A stretch of 61,864 nt of DNA, the filler included, from Circinaria calcarea (lineage: Eukaryota): the NCBI GenBank assembly GCA_051942165.1. It is 8 parts of 8 records of this genome, joined end to end, with 100 filler letters (N's around TTAATTAATTAA, not from the genome) between each part and the next. Parts side by side here need not be neighbours in the genome. Positions count along the whole stretch, not along the records: positions 1 to 7,666 come from JAVECS010001273.1; positions 7,767 to 15,424 come from JAVECS010001274.1; 6 more parts are not named here. One strand, written 5' to 3'. Below, piece by piece: positions 1-11,734 of the stretch. Each line of letters begins with the position of its first letter. The first letter of the stretch is position 1. Below the pieces are notes generated by a model. That model saw only the letters and a list, made by a program, of their open reading frames with translations, was not told the DNA's origin and did not search any database. The position numbers and the translations under genes were made by a program.

Positions 1-521
1 GGGGGAGAAGGTGTCAATACGTCCTATTAGATGTGACCGCGATTGTTTGGCAGAGGTTGCCCCCAGCGGGAGGCTCCTCCGTTATTCTGTAAGTATTCCA
101 ATCTCCTTCTTACCCACCCAGCACCGAATTCTCCAGGGTAAAATGACCTACGACTAGGGCCAGAAATCCACCATCCAGAAAGAATACTCGAGTTTTCTTG
201 TGTAACTGTTCAATCCCTTCCATCTAGTCATATTGTTCCTTGTCCTATTCCCACCTCTTATAACCCTTTCGCTGACGACGCAGACAGAGGCAAAGTTTAG
301 GGGAGGGTTCGTCTAGAATCGTTATTCGTTCGGTATTCGATAGTTGGCTGATGAAGCTACTGGTGTCCTGTTAGCTAAATATAATGAATTGGCATATGCT
401 TTCAAAACTCAGTGTATTGAGAAAACTAGCCACTGTGAACGATATCCTCGTTGGGGCTACTTATGGCTCCAAGACTGAGAGTTTAGCTGCCTCGAAGCTC
501 AAGGCGAAGATTGTGCTCGGT

Positions 522-670
522 GCCCAATGCATCAAAGACGCTGGTGCTTCCAAAAGCCCAAGGCATCAAAGACGCTGGTGCTCCAAAAGCCCAGTGCATC
601 AGAGATACTGGTGCTCCTTATGCATCAAAATTCGCTGATACTTTCAGACAATAAAGTCGCTGATACTCCT
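522..670. repeat. Degenerating ~33-bp tandem repeat (GCCCAxxGCATCAAAGACGCTGGTGCTCCAAAA), 3 good copies plus 2 partial
   Basis: Copies start at 522, 556 and 589. Partial copies GCATCAAAATTCGCTGATACT (~622) and AAAGTCGCTGATACTCC (~653). Confidence 0.85.
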
Positions 671-832
671 AATAGTATATCAATGGCATCGATTGTTTTA
701 TAAAGGGGAAAATCGGGGAATCGGCGGGGAAATTTTTACCGCGCGTTTACGAAAATTATAGGTAGAGTAGGGTTGGGCGGGACAGAGCTGAATAACCAGG
801 TCTATAATTTTTTCATTTGGGCTTATTAGATA

Positions 833-2419
833 ATGGCAAGGAAAACTACAGCTCAAAGAACGGCCAAGAGGAAGGAGGAGGGTTCAGATGTGGTAAATTT
901 CCCCTGAATTCTCAGCCAAAACCTCAACTAATAAAACCTAGAGACACAAATCGAGGCCAAACAAGAAAAGACGAATGGCGATAGCAAAGAAAGCTCAAGA
1001 GGAGGCAGCATCTGGTTAATAGGCAATATATATACACTCCAATAGAATAATTTCTCACCATTTTCAATAATAGTGACTGAACCTCGCGCCCCCCCTCAAA
1101 ATACCTCCATTGCATCGATCATAGGATCATCTGGGGAATATAGCTCTACTACCGAGACCGCGAGAATAGGAAATGAAGGCCCTCATTCATCAGGGCTAGC
1201 AAACGAGATCGACTCCCGTGTGGATACCGACCGCGATGGCTCTACCACTATTGGCAATGACCGCGACAGCTCTTCCAACACTGGCGATACCACTGGCGAG
1301 AGTTCCAGAGACACGTACGACACAACCGGGAGCAATGTAACGGCAAACACGTCAACAAACTCGACGCATCGCCTAGGTGGAGAATCCAACAGCTTATCTT
1401 GGCTTGATGTTGTCCTAGGTGGTAACGCCACTGGCGCCGGTCATCCCTCAAGTTTTCCAACATCCCCCTCAGCCTCCAGCCATCAGTTAGCCCAATTCCG
1501 CTTGTTGAATACCACCTCAGTAGACCAGAGCTATCAGTCACCATACCACCCGGTATCGCCAGATGCTATCCAATCTCCTGATCAAATAACCTCCTTTGTA
1601 AAGTCGTCACTTCCCACTATACCGCCAGATGATCCTCTCACCAACGGCCGTGAACTAGGGGGAAATTCTAGTAGCAATGTGCTCTCTCCATTTCCGCCAG
1701 GCCCACCACCACCATTTCCAGGCCTACCACGACCATTTCGAGGCCCACCACCACCTCGAGGACCGCCATGGGACCTACTTATCGCCGTAAATAGATCCTC
1801 GGGAAAGCCTATTATGTCACCTGATGAGACCCCAGATGGTCGACAGTATTTACTAGGACGACTTGAGATGAGACGGAGACTCGAGGATTGTGTCAATATA
1901 TTCTTTGAGCATTTGCAATACCCTCGCCCCATTGAAGAGCAGTTTTTCGTTTTGACGGATCGAAAAGCTACATCAGGATTCCGGTTTGGAAACCAAATCC
2001 TGAATCCGAATACCTTGGTATTATCGGATTTTATCAAAAGCCGACCACAAAACACACGGATCTTATTTCTCACAATGGGCTTGGACGGTCTCTCTGTTAA
2101 TTTTGATTTTTGGTTGGAGCTTTCATTATTTTTTCCTGTTTTTACTTTAGCTGTTATTATCGATCAGGCCGAGAGGAATATTCCCACTATACGATTCGGG
2201 CCATATAGAGGAAAATATCTTGCTGTGTATGATGGAGACGAGATTTTAAGAGGAATTCACGGAGAGGAAATTAATAATCACGCTTTTCAGCTGTTGTATT
2301 TTTGGTTTTGGATGTCCCATTATAGGGGAGAGGTTGGCAGGGCCATGTCCGCATTTATTAATGTTGTATCAACACGGGGCCGAAATAGCGCGCCATCTGG
2401 GCCTCCAGACATTATATAG
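833..2419 (+). CDS. Orphan ~492-aa protein: basic N-terminus, Ser/Thr/Pro-rich linker, C-terminal alpha/beta domain resembling a serine recombinase (resolvase) catalytic domain
   Basis: Hand-built model with exons 833-892, 942-1014, 1074-2419. Introns GTAAAT..CTAAT..CTAG and GTTAAT..ATAG join in frame: MARKTTAQRTAKRKEEGSDV/RHKSRPNKKRRMAIAKKAQEEAAS/VTEPRAPP. Domain call is by eye only. Confidence 0.65.
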
Positions 2420-5400
2420 CAGTAACGAAATACCGCGGATTTCTATTCATCCACCCAAAAGTTAAATTTTCGAGAAATCGAAGCCGAATGTCCCGGGGGT
2501 GGGATCGACGATTCGTATCATCCGGCTTCCGCTCCAATCCCATTATGTAAAAGCTAGAAACGGGGAGGGAATACCTAAGCCCGAGTGACACGGTGCGCTT
2601 ATACGCAGAATATTTCATGGGATTAATGGCAAGGGCTAGGAAGCCGGAAAGAAGCCGGGGAAAGTAATGTGTGCAATCCCAGCGCATACCAGAATCAGCA
2701 TTGATGCAGCCATGACGGCAAAGGTCCCAAATGGATGCGCGGACCTTGCATAGGAGATTAGGGTGTGGTCCATCGGAAGATAAGAGTGGGATCTCTATCG
2801 CCCGCTGCAGGTGAATTGCCATCTTATTGGTGCGCATGAACAATGATCTGATGCGGAAGTTAGCCTACCGAGTAGAGTCATTTCTATACTATGAATGCAT
2901 CACAGCAATAGCAGCCGAGGGCGAGGACAGCTGTAGCCTGTAAGTCAGGGGAAACTCTGTGTTGGCCATGCCATCCCAGATTAGTTGAGGGAATTACCAG
3001 TCCTTGCATTTCGAGAGTTATTGCAGTGAATGCCGCATGTTGCGCTTCATCCAGGCATGATCTGGCTCGAAAAGAAGCCAAACATAGCATGAATAGATAT
3101 CACGCAGCAATAACTATTAGTAGAAATTTTGGGTAGCATTTATCAGAAGGACAGGAAGATTTTCAGCCTCAAGGAGTCCAGACGAGACTAAATATTTAGG
3201 GTAACGGCGGACTAGGGACAGGGATCTAAGCAGACCACTGCGTCGGTAACACACGTGTGAAGGATATCAATAGAGCCCCTTGCGAATACCAATCCCTACC
3301 CTACCCTTTTATAGCGCGGGCGGCTCTTGTTAATGGAAAATCTGGATCGGTACGTTCGGATTGATCTACGCCCCGGTATAGATTGGCAAGCACACAGATA
3401 GTCGTTACTAGTTGGGTCATAAGCAACAAGGATATACCATTGTTGGTACGGAGTAGCATGATGAATGGTACGGATCCGAAGGGAGTCAACGTCCACCTCA
3501 ACGTTGTGGCATGATGCAGGGTGTCAAGTTTTTGCGGCATAATTAGATGATGCTGTCCAGTTGCACGACATTACCATCCCTGGAATAGTTCGAACGGATT
3601 TCTGCCGGTGCTTCCTGAGGCAGGGCGTCAGGCACAGTAAGCAGCCATCGACTGACGCCAGAACATTCGCGCGAAGCCTCACGGTAGAATACCTTGCGTA
3701 TCCGAAGCGTTGATCATAGCCAAGCCCAGTGACAGCAAATTCCCTGTAAGCCCTAAAGGAGAAGGTGGGCAATCCGTATATAGACAAGATGCATAATGGG
3801 TGGGACCCACGTGTGTGAAACTACACCGCACCACTTTTATCCCTCAGTTTGTTGCAAAGCAGACAAGGTGGTTCCAGTACAGAGTATTTTCTCCAACATA
3901 ACATGATTGTCAGCTTCGCCTCACAAACTAGGCAAGAACTCCGACAGCGTCTTTAGACATGGCTGAAATTGTTCACTTTGGGTCTGTATGGTACCAAGCA
4001 TATAAGATATGAGCTCGCGATTTAGCCTGCCCGGTTTGGTGTTACATTTCAGTAAGGACAACGTTATCCACGATCCGAGACTAGGAAACTCAACAAGTCT
4101 AGTTTATCCTTTGTCTCGTCCCCTTCCTTCCGTAACTTGGCGGCTTCGTGTAAGCAAATGACCTCGTAGGTAATGCTTTACTATGGGCTTTTCCAGAGCC
4201 GGACTTCGACTCTGACGATCTTCGGATTCCTGTCAAGTCTTTTTCTCTCGCACACACGCCACGCTTAGTTGATTTGGGGTTTGCTCATGCTGCTTCCGTT
4301 CCCCTCCTCCTTTGCCTGCTCCTCCTCCGCTCCCTCTTCCTCCGCCGCCTCCTCCCTCGATCCTATGCGTCATGTAGGACCTAACATAAATGATCTGCTG
4401 CCGTTGTATCGAGCTGCAAGTTTGGCTCTTGAGTCAGTCAAACGCCTAACCAACAATTAATATGGCGTGAAAGCAAGGTCAGTTTGACATCCCTGACGAT
4501 CGCTGAAACTGCTCACCAGCCCCTACAAGATCTTGAAGCACATGCTAGGCTGCGGCACCCCCATCGGCGCCAGCTTTTCAAAATGCTCAAGCTATGTCAA
4601 GTTCGGTATCGATTTCCATACAAACAGCTGCGCTATCTGACGATTGTTTCACACGAGCAGCAGCTTGGCAGCGCAATCAATTTAAGGCTCCGACAAAGAC
4701 TCCACGTGGGTGAGAAACCTAAAATCCCGCATGCCGCTCCACGAGGCGCACTTGCGACTGCATGCTGATCCGTCCATGCACGGCGTAGCTCGATCCTCGA
4801 GTACCATCGTTTGCGGTGAAGAAAATCAATACTTTGGAAGATTCCGCATCCTTGTCGCTTTATTTCTCGAATTCGGAAGCGGGGCCGGCCGCAGGATTCA
4901 ATCAACTGGTCAAGGTTGACCGCATTTTTAGATGTTATTTTCCTCCACAAAACTCGTTCAATTTGCAACACGGTTAGTGGAAGGAATTCATCCTAGTGGG
5001 TTCTGACTTCGACGAAGATCGTGATACCATTTTCGTAGGGACAGATCCACGCTCAAGGTAGTGTAATGGTTGCGAAAATTTCGCCGAAGATCTGTCTATG
5101 CTTTGTTAGAGATTTACCTCGACGTTCGGTGGACTGAAAGGTACACCATGTATCCTTGGACTGTCTCAACATCCCATCGCAATGGTCCGTCTTGATAATG
5201 CCCGATCTACCTCGTGAACTCTTCATCCTTTGCCAGCTCCCTGGGCCAAGAGGGCGGATGCTCATGATTAGTCCAGCAACTGTAGCCAATAAGAGAGACA
5301 ACTATGGAAAATAGCAATGATGCGACGAAAAGGTACGGAAGGCGGAGATGCTTGTACTTAGGTAGCTATGGAATTTTCCGACAACGATTGGTGCTTGGAA

Positions 5401-6477
5401 GATGGAATGTCGGAGAACTGGGAGCAAGGAGGCGGCATGGGTTGGTGGTTCTCGTGCTGGCCGTGGGCCAGAGAGGTCCACCGCTTCACTGGATTGCGCA
5501 CCCAACCCTGCACATTCTCAATGTTGCAGCTGGGTAAGGCAAAGACCTTTCCACAATCTGGCCTACCAGGAATTGCTTCTGCAGCAAGTTGACCGCCGTC
5601 AAAGATGCTGTGTACTGTTTTAGGTTCCACATCCTGACATGCGATGGATGCCAGTTCGCCAAACCACACTAGGCCCAAGTAGTACCGCAGACGAGGAAGA
5701 AAAGGCATACTATCGCAGTAGCAGTCAGTCAGCTTTATGGTTGATGACCTGATTATTATGATGAATTTGAGTGTATTTGTCTCCTATTGTTTCATCCCCA
5801 GCTGTGAAGGTTCGATTGTGTATAAGTATGAGGACAGTAACCAGAGAACTTCACCATCCCTCTTCCCTTTTCGACAGGCTACGGTATGATAATCTTCAGG
5901 GCTGATAAGATCACCATTGCCCAATCATATTAAGCTATGGCGTAAGATCTTCCCTTCTGTGGTTGTTCGTCAGCTATCATTTTTTTTTCTGATCGTAACC
6001 ACAGAACCAACTCCAATAGCCAGGATGGCAGACAACATTGTTCCCACAACCCATCAACCGCATACTCGATGAGTCAGTTCAAAGGAGGTTATGATCAATA
6101 TCAGGCCTTTCTTATCGGACAACAACAAGACCCGTCTCTTCGAGCTCGCAATATAAAGCATGACCTCCAAAGATACAGCAGGGCGTTGGACGGTATGAAC
6201 GGCGATTCTAAGGATCAGCGTGACTCGGGTACTTTTATCCCCGGTTCCAACAATTGTGGCTGGTGCTGATTAGCTCACAGAAAGTCGAATTCGTTGACCT
6301 ATTGAGGTGAAATCGATGCCCAACACGACTGGCCTACCACAAGTCGAAGATGAATATACGGTACGAAGGGAGGCGGCAGACTCAGTACATGCTCTACCAC
6401 TTGAGCATACTGTTAGATGGTCGACCAGCGATTCTTCCCAAAGAAAAAAGGTTTTCACATAGACAGACCACAGACGC

Positions 6478-7665
6478 TTATAGCTGGCTTTCGTTACCCG
6501 ATTTATAGAGTACTTTCGTGTGTAGTCTTCCTTGAAACTTTTGTTTTAGTCTCTCTTCACTCATGCGAAAAGGTCTTGGAAACCATTCACAAACGTCATT
6601 TCCCCTCTCACCGTTCATAATTTCCACCAAAGCCTTCGCAGATAGCATGCACAATACCATGCCGTGTCCTTGGAATGAAGCTGCGATAAACAGGCGGTTC
6701 TCCCCGGGTATCTCGCCGACGAGCGGGTAGCCGTCGCCGAAACCCATGACTCCAGAGAATTCATAGCGGATCCTACCTTCAGCATCATCCTCTCCCCAAT
6801 CCGTACCAAAATAACGGAGGGTACTTTCTCGAAGATAGCTGGTTGTTATAGGGTCCATGGTTGTGTCATCCGTGGTCCCGTACTCATATAGTCCCTCTTC
6901 TGCCGCCTTGGTCAGTCCTCCACCTATAATGATATCACCGGCGAACTTAGAACCTTGCGGTCGTTGGATCATGTACTCATATCCATCTGCATAGATGAAG
7001 GAATACGTCGTTGCAAGTCCTTCCTTTGGCATGTTACTTCCAGGTCTGTGAGCTGTAATATGACCTCGTAATGGTACGAGAACCCCTTGCAGTGCGGGAT
7101 ACAGATGGGCTGTGTATCCATTTGTCGCAAGTACAACTCTACAGGATTCGACGGAACCTCGAGGTGTGTCGACAACCCACCCTCGTTCATTCTTGCTGAC
7201 CCCCGTGGCTGGTGTTCTCGTCTGCAGATTCAGACCTTTGTCGATTGCCAACTTCAGGATACCAATTACAAGCTTATACCCACTGATGCTTCCTGCTTCG
7301 TATGTGACAGCGCCAAATGCGCCTTGCGTGAGAAATTTCTTTTCGGCCTCGTCTGAGCTCCAAAACCTATAATTCGCCACGGGGTCTGTTTCACCCAATA
7401 TCCCTTTCATCTGACCTACGGCTTCCTGTGCTAGCCTCCATTTCCCTTCGTCATAGAATATGTCAACGGTATCGCCCTCCCAACTATCACATTTAATACC
7501 CTGTTCCCTGGCAAAAATATGCATAGCTTTCATACATTTATACTCGAATCTCGCGATCTTTGCTGCCTCTTCTTTGCCCAATGCATCACAGTTGTCGAGA
7601 AATGACAAATAAGATGCATGCTTTGTGTGGCCGCCATTGCGACCAGTTGCGCCGCTGCACGCAGT
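6478..7665 (-). CDS. FAD-dependent oxidoreductase, DAO family; 5' end cut off by the contig end
   Basis: Frame stays open to the gap (TACSGATGRNGGHTK). Motifs VVLATNGYT, SGVMGF and FQGHGM are typical of the family. Confidence 0.9.
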   Translation of the reverse strand, partial: TACSGATGRNGGHTKHASYLSFLDNCDALGKEEAAKIARFEYKCMKAMHIFAREQGIKCDSWEGDTVDIFYDEGKWRLAQEAVGQMKGILGETDPVANYRFWSSDEAEKKFLTQGAFGAVTYEAGSISGYKLVIGILKLAIDKGLNLQTRTPATGVSKNERGWVVDTPRGSVESCRVVLATNGYTAHLYPALQGVLVPLRGHITAHRPGSNMPKEGLATTYSFIYADGYEYMIQRPQGSKFAGDIIIGGGLTKAAEEGLYEYGTTDDTTMDPITTSYLRESTLRYFGTDWGEDDAEGRIRYEFSGVMGFGDGYPLVGEIPGENRLFIAASFQGHGMVLCMLSAKALVEIMNGERGNDVCEWFPRPFRMSEERLKQKFQGRLHTKVLYKSGNESQL

Positions 7666-7666
7666 G

Positions 7667-7766
7667 NNNNNNNNNNNNNNNNNNNNNNNNNNNNNNNNNN
7701 NNNNNNNNNNTTAATTAATTAANNNNNNNNNNNNNNNNNNNNNNNNNNNNNNNNNNNNNNNNNNNN
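7667..7766. other. Artificial contig spacer N44-TTAATTAATTAA-N44; also at 15425-15524, 23175-23274, 30923-31022, 38666-38765, 46401-46500, 54136-54235
   Basis: Identical 100-bp spacer carrying stops in all six frames occurs seven times, and contig lengths descend. Confidence 0.98.
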
Positions 7767-7897
7767 CTATTTCCGCTCTTTAGAATAGCATGCTTATAGA
7801 ACCATAACGAGTTCAATATACTCCTTTCATATTGAGCCTAGGGCAACAGTTCAACTACACCCTATGTAACCGTGCTATCACCAATCGGGACTTATCA
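7767..7897 (+). mobile_element. 3' part of LTR-like repeat family A
   Basis: 7767-7842 is the reverse complement of 8788-8863 (4 mismatches in 76 nt). The first 18 nt match the contig end 15407-15424 with 1 mismatch. Probable end ...CTTATCA at 7897. Confidence 0.7.
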
Positions 7898-8059
7898 TAT
7901 TCCTCAATAGGCCCCAAGGATTGCAGCGCCCTTACAGGCTGAGCCGGAATGTGTGTATTGGTAAATGCTAAGAATATACTATATAAACTATGCGGTTTAT
8001 GCCCTTGTATATGCTGGTGACGCGCGCCAGCGCGCAGAACTCTGAAACGTATTGTATTA

Positions 8060-8430
8060 AATATAGTATATAACATAGCATTCGGCATAGCATGCAGTAT
8101 AGCACTTAGTATAGCATTTAGCATAGCACCCAGCATAGCACTCAGCATAGCACCCAGCATAGCATTCAGCATAACACGCTGAATAGCATGGCAATAGCAT
8201 GTTTTATAGCATGAAAAGAATACGCGGCAAGTATAGCAATAGCACGCGGCATAGTATAGAAAGAGTATATAATATAGCATAGAAAGAGTATATATTATAG
8301 CATAGAAAGAGCATATAATATAGTATGGAAAGAGCATGCAGCATAGCATGGAAAGAGCATATAGCATAGCATGAAAAGAGCACATAGCATAGCATATAGC
8401 ATAGTATAGAAGGAGCACGCGGTATAGAAT
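8060..8430. repeat. AT-rich degenerate minisatellite built on ATAGC/AGCAT units; probable decayed transposon relic
   Basis: Repeated 12-mers like AGCATAGCACCC and ~24-mers like ATAGCATAGAAAGAG. TpA-rich, lying between LTR-like copies. Confidence 0.7.
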
Positions 8431-8441
8431 GGAAAACCTAG

Positions 8442-8787
8442 TGTAATGACGCACCCGGCAAGGCTGTGCCAAGAGGTATAAGCAGTACGCGTCGCAGGGG
8501 TACCAGTGGTACTGGACGTACTGGACGTACTGGACGTGGGCTACGTCCACTACGTCCACCCCTTTCTGGGCGTCTCGTGTAATCATCGAGGATCTATATA
8601 GTCACAGTCCTTTCCGTAGTATTAGGATCCTCGTGGTCAAGACCTTACAATACTTTACATTAGAGAATTGTATTGTCATTTCTTACTTGCTAGTGATTGG
8701 TATAGAACCCTAGTGCATATCTACAGAGCCCCTGCCTTATACCAGTGACTAGCATTGCCTTTGCCTCAGACGCTTAGGGACGTAACA
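8442..8787. mobile_element. Solo LTR (family B), 346 bp, with 5-bp flanking direct repeat CCTAG
   Basis: Starts TGTAATG and ends CGTAACA (TG...CA, imperfect terminal inverted repeat). CCTAG at 8437-8441 and 8788-8792. Internal TATATA and a (GTACTGGAC)x3 repeat. Confidence 0.75.
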
Positions 8788-9039
8788 CCTAGGCTCAATA
8801 TAAAAGGAGTATGTTGAACTCGTTATGGGTCTATAAGCATGCTATTCTAAAGAGCGGGAATAGCCATATCTATAATACGTTTGTTTACTCTGCTCATACC
8901 TATGAGCATACTGAGCACCCTTCCGTGCTCACCCTGCTCACCTTCATGAGCACCCTGAGCACGGCTTCGTAAGTTGATCCTCCTCCGGCGCTAGTCCCTT
9001 CCCGGGCCTAGTACATGCTATGGCGCTGGCGCCATAACA
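8788..9039 (-). mobile_element. LTR-like repeat family A, inverted copy, 3'-truncated at the family-B element
   Basis: Reads TGTTATGGCG...CATGTACTAG... on the minus strand, homologous to 15207-15424. Shares the TGCTCA/TGAGCA repeat tract and the GGCTATTCCCGCTCTTTAGA core. Confidence 0.75.
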
Positions 9040-9395
9040 TTATACTGGTGCTATTGCGGCCTTTATCGTGGTCAGTGAGGCATCTCCGGACAGGACGAAT
9101 TGACCAAAGTTTCGTAACGGTTATAATCCTATAATATTTCACACCTCATTATCGAAGTCTCATTATCGAAGTCGTGTTCACCATTGTAGTCGCCAAGCTG
9201 CGGGAGTTTACTATTAAAGTCGTAACCTCTACTAAAATAGCTTATGATATTAGAATATTATTATTAGTGCTGTAATCATTCCCGAGCTCCCAAAGGTAAA
9301 AAGTTTCTATACTTTTTAGAAATTTTCTATTCTACCATTCCTCTATTTATTTACTACCGTTCATGCCTATGTAGAGATGCCGTCAAATCATGTTC

Positions 9396-11443
9396 TCAGT
9401 TTCTTACTTTCATCCGAAGGCCCAAACTTCCTTTGGCTGGGACTGGAATAATATAGTCACTATTCGCATCAATGTCTCTCGTGCGCTCTGTATCATATGC
9501 TCAAGCGTCGCCCCTCCTGGCCTTGATACACGTCGTATCTAAGAAACAAACTTGCCAAGATGATAGCCATTTCACGACGCGCAAGTGTCATCCTGCAATT
9601 CACAGTCAGGATCATAGCCATCAGGGTGCGCCGGAAAGGACACGGATGAGTATCTCCAGCGACTTACCCAACGCAGTTTCGAGTCCCTCGAGCAAAGCCA
9701 TGAAAATATCTGTTGAGCTTGGGATTGGCAATCCATCGCTGGGGCCGGTATTCGTATGCATCATCTCCGAAAGCATCGGGATGCAGGTGAGTGTCAAGCG
9801 GCGACATGCTGATGACGGTGCCGGGCGGGATCGTGTGCTGCTTGCCTCTGCGTGTGTTGTTGTACATAATCGGAACCTCAGGGGAGATGCGTACCTGACG
9901 AGCCATGACTCCGGGGTGCAGACGAACAGCCTCCTGGATAATGGCGCTGAGGTAAGGCAGCTCATCGACTTGTGCAATGGATGGATCTGACCTCGCACGA
10001 AGCAGGCCGCCGCGAGCTCATCCTGAAGCTTCTTCGCCTCGACTGGCTGAGCGAGGAGGTGGTAGAGCGCGCAAGTGAGTGAGTATGCTATGGCATCAGT
10101 CCATATCAGCCCGATCCTCAACCCTGTGCGCAGGTATCTATAACAATAGTGAGAAGGAGGGGCATTTCCTACCGGTTGTGCCCTCGCCAGCAAACACAGT
10201 CAACTGAGCCTCGCTCGCTAATCGTAGGTCGGCCTTCTCCTCGGGCAGGCTACTACTCAGGATACCCTCGAAAATGGTGTTCTTGACTCGCTCAGGGTTG
10301 GGCAAAGCCTTGATATCGCGCACCCTATTAATCCACCACTAGTATCCCTTGTCAGCCGGATAATACCGGGCAAGCGACTAGCACAATGAAATACGCACGT
10401 CTTGTCTATCCCGCAACTGTGCTAAGTTCGGGATGAAAATCTTCAGAAGCCATGACGGCGTGTTTTGGGCAAATTGAACCAGTGCTGGCACGAGGGCGAA
10501 AAGGTATGTCATATAGAAAAACACATCAGTCGAATCAAAGAACGACTTGCCATAGTCCGGCTTGTTCATAAACTCAAATGAGTTGTCGAATGCGTAGACG
10601 GTGATCACGTCGCTGGTACAGGCTTTGAAGATGTGGTGCATCTGCAAGACTTCGCCAGACCTTCCGGATATCTCCATCCGCGAGAGCAATTCTTCCAGGT
10701 GCTCCGTGATGATGGGCTCGAGCCGACGAATACTGACGACAGAGAAAAAGGAGTTGAGGGCATTTCGACGTAGGCGGTGCAAGTCGTGGTCTGGCGTAGA
10801 CACAATGGAATAGGGGGCTAAAAATCAAGTGCTCGCTGTCAGCAGGAAACACTTTGTGCACGCCGTTTATAGCTGGGATTGCTCTTACTTCCAGTTCTAT
10901 GAGCGAACCACAAAGGCTTATTAGTTTTTCTCCTGGGACCGGGATACACTATATCCAGAAATTCGGGGTCGTTGAAATGCACCTCATTTGGTGTGATTCG
11001 TACGACCGGACCTTGAGATTTTGCAATCAGTCTGGGCTCTCAGATGGTAAGTAGCACGACGTGCACGAACCGTATTTTTCATGTAGTTTAGCGACATGTT
11101 TAAAGAATTGCCCCCCTTTCCAAACCTCAAAATAAGCCTCGTACAAGTAAGTCAGACCTAGAAGTGTTAGATGGGTATAGAATGCAGCAAAGTTGGAGGA
11201 GTATGAGCTTACCGGCTAGTTTGGGTCATGGTATTTTCGAAAGCGGAGAAATATACACTATAAGATGGGAAATCAATTACGTAGTTCAATCGGTAACATG
11301 ATCTAGTGCTGCAGTGCATACTGACCCAAGTAAATAATACGACAGAGGCCGACAGCCAAAACAGCCGCGATCAAAAGGTACACGATGCCATCGGGTGTTT
11401 CATTCCAAAACCTCCCCATCAGACCTGTTACCAGAGTCGTCAT
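9396..11443 (-). pseudogene. Cytochrome P450 pseudogene, trichodiene oxygenase (TRI4/CYP58)-like
   Basis: Spliced reading gives PLSKIP*PKLA, GPVVRITPNEVHF, HDLHRLRRNALNSFFS, I-helix VFAGEGTT, EAVR, PQRW and heme motif FARGTRNCVG. Lesions: TGA at 11226-11228 where Gly is expected, a frameshift near 9983, and apparent single-base losses near 9495-9510. Confidence 0.85.
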
Positions 11444-11734
11444 GTTGAAAACGACCTGGAAGATGTCGATGAAACACTGCAATCTGGATTTCCCATTTCC
11501 AACATATAATGAAATGAAAAATTGTGATAGAAAATTAATATGTAATTGACCATGATTACGCGTAAGACTCACATTACAACACCCCTGTCCGTATAAGCAT
11601 AAGCAAGCAGATCGTAGAATTCAGCTTTACTTCCAAAGTTCTCGAAAACAGACAACACCCCGAAATCATAATGTAGGCCGCATTGGTGATCGATTCAATA
11701 GAGTCCTCACCTAACAGCTCGCAAATCTCCAGCG

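Noticed and set aside
522..670. 33-bp repeats as a CRISPR array
   Set aside because: Units are head-to-tail with no unique spacers, the context is eukaryotic, and no cas genes are present.
2412..3800. Several short minus-strand ORFs converging on the recombinase-like gene
   Set aside because: No recognisable domain or consistent splice model; left unannotated.
4480..5710. Possible degraded gene on the minus strand, including an MDG motif reminiscent of a response-regulator receiver domain
   Set aside because: I could not assemble a consistent frame or additional family motifs.
7711..7722. Recurrent palindrome TTAATTAATTAA every ~7.7 kb
   Set aside because: Artificial six-frame stop linker inside N padding.
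7855..8586. 243-aa minus-strand ORF rich in Y/M/L/C/A
   Set aside because: Translation of a minisatellite and LTR sequence; not protein-like.
9495..9990. Single-base frameshifts taken alone as proof that the TRI4-like P450 is dead
   Set aside because: Some fall in short C runs and could be sequencing errors. The pseudogene call leans on the TGA at 11226-11228 plus the number of lesions.
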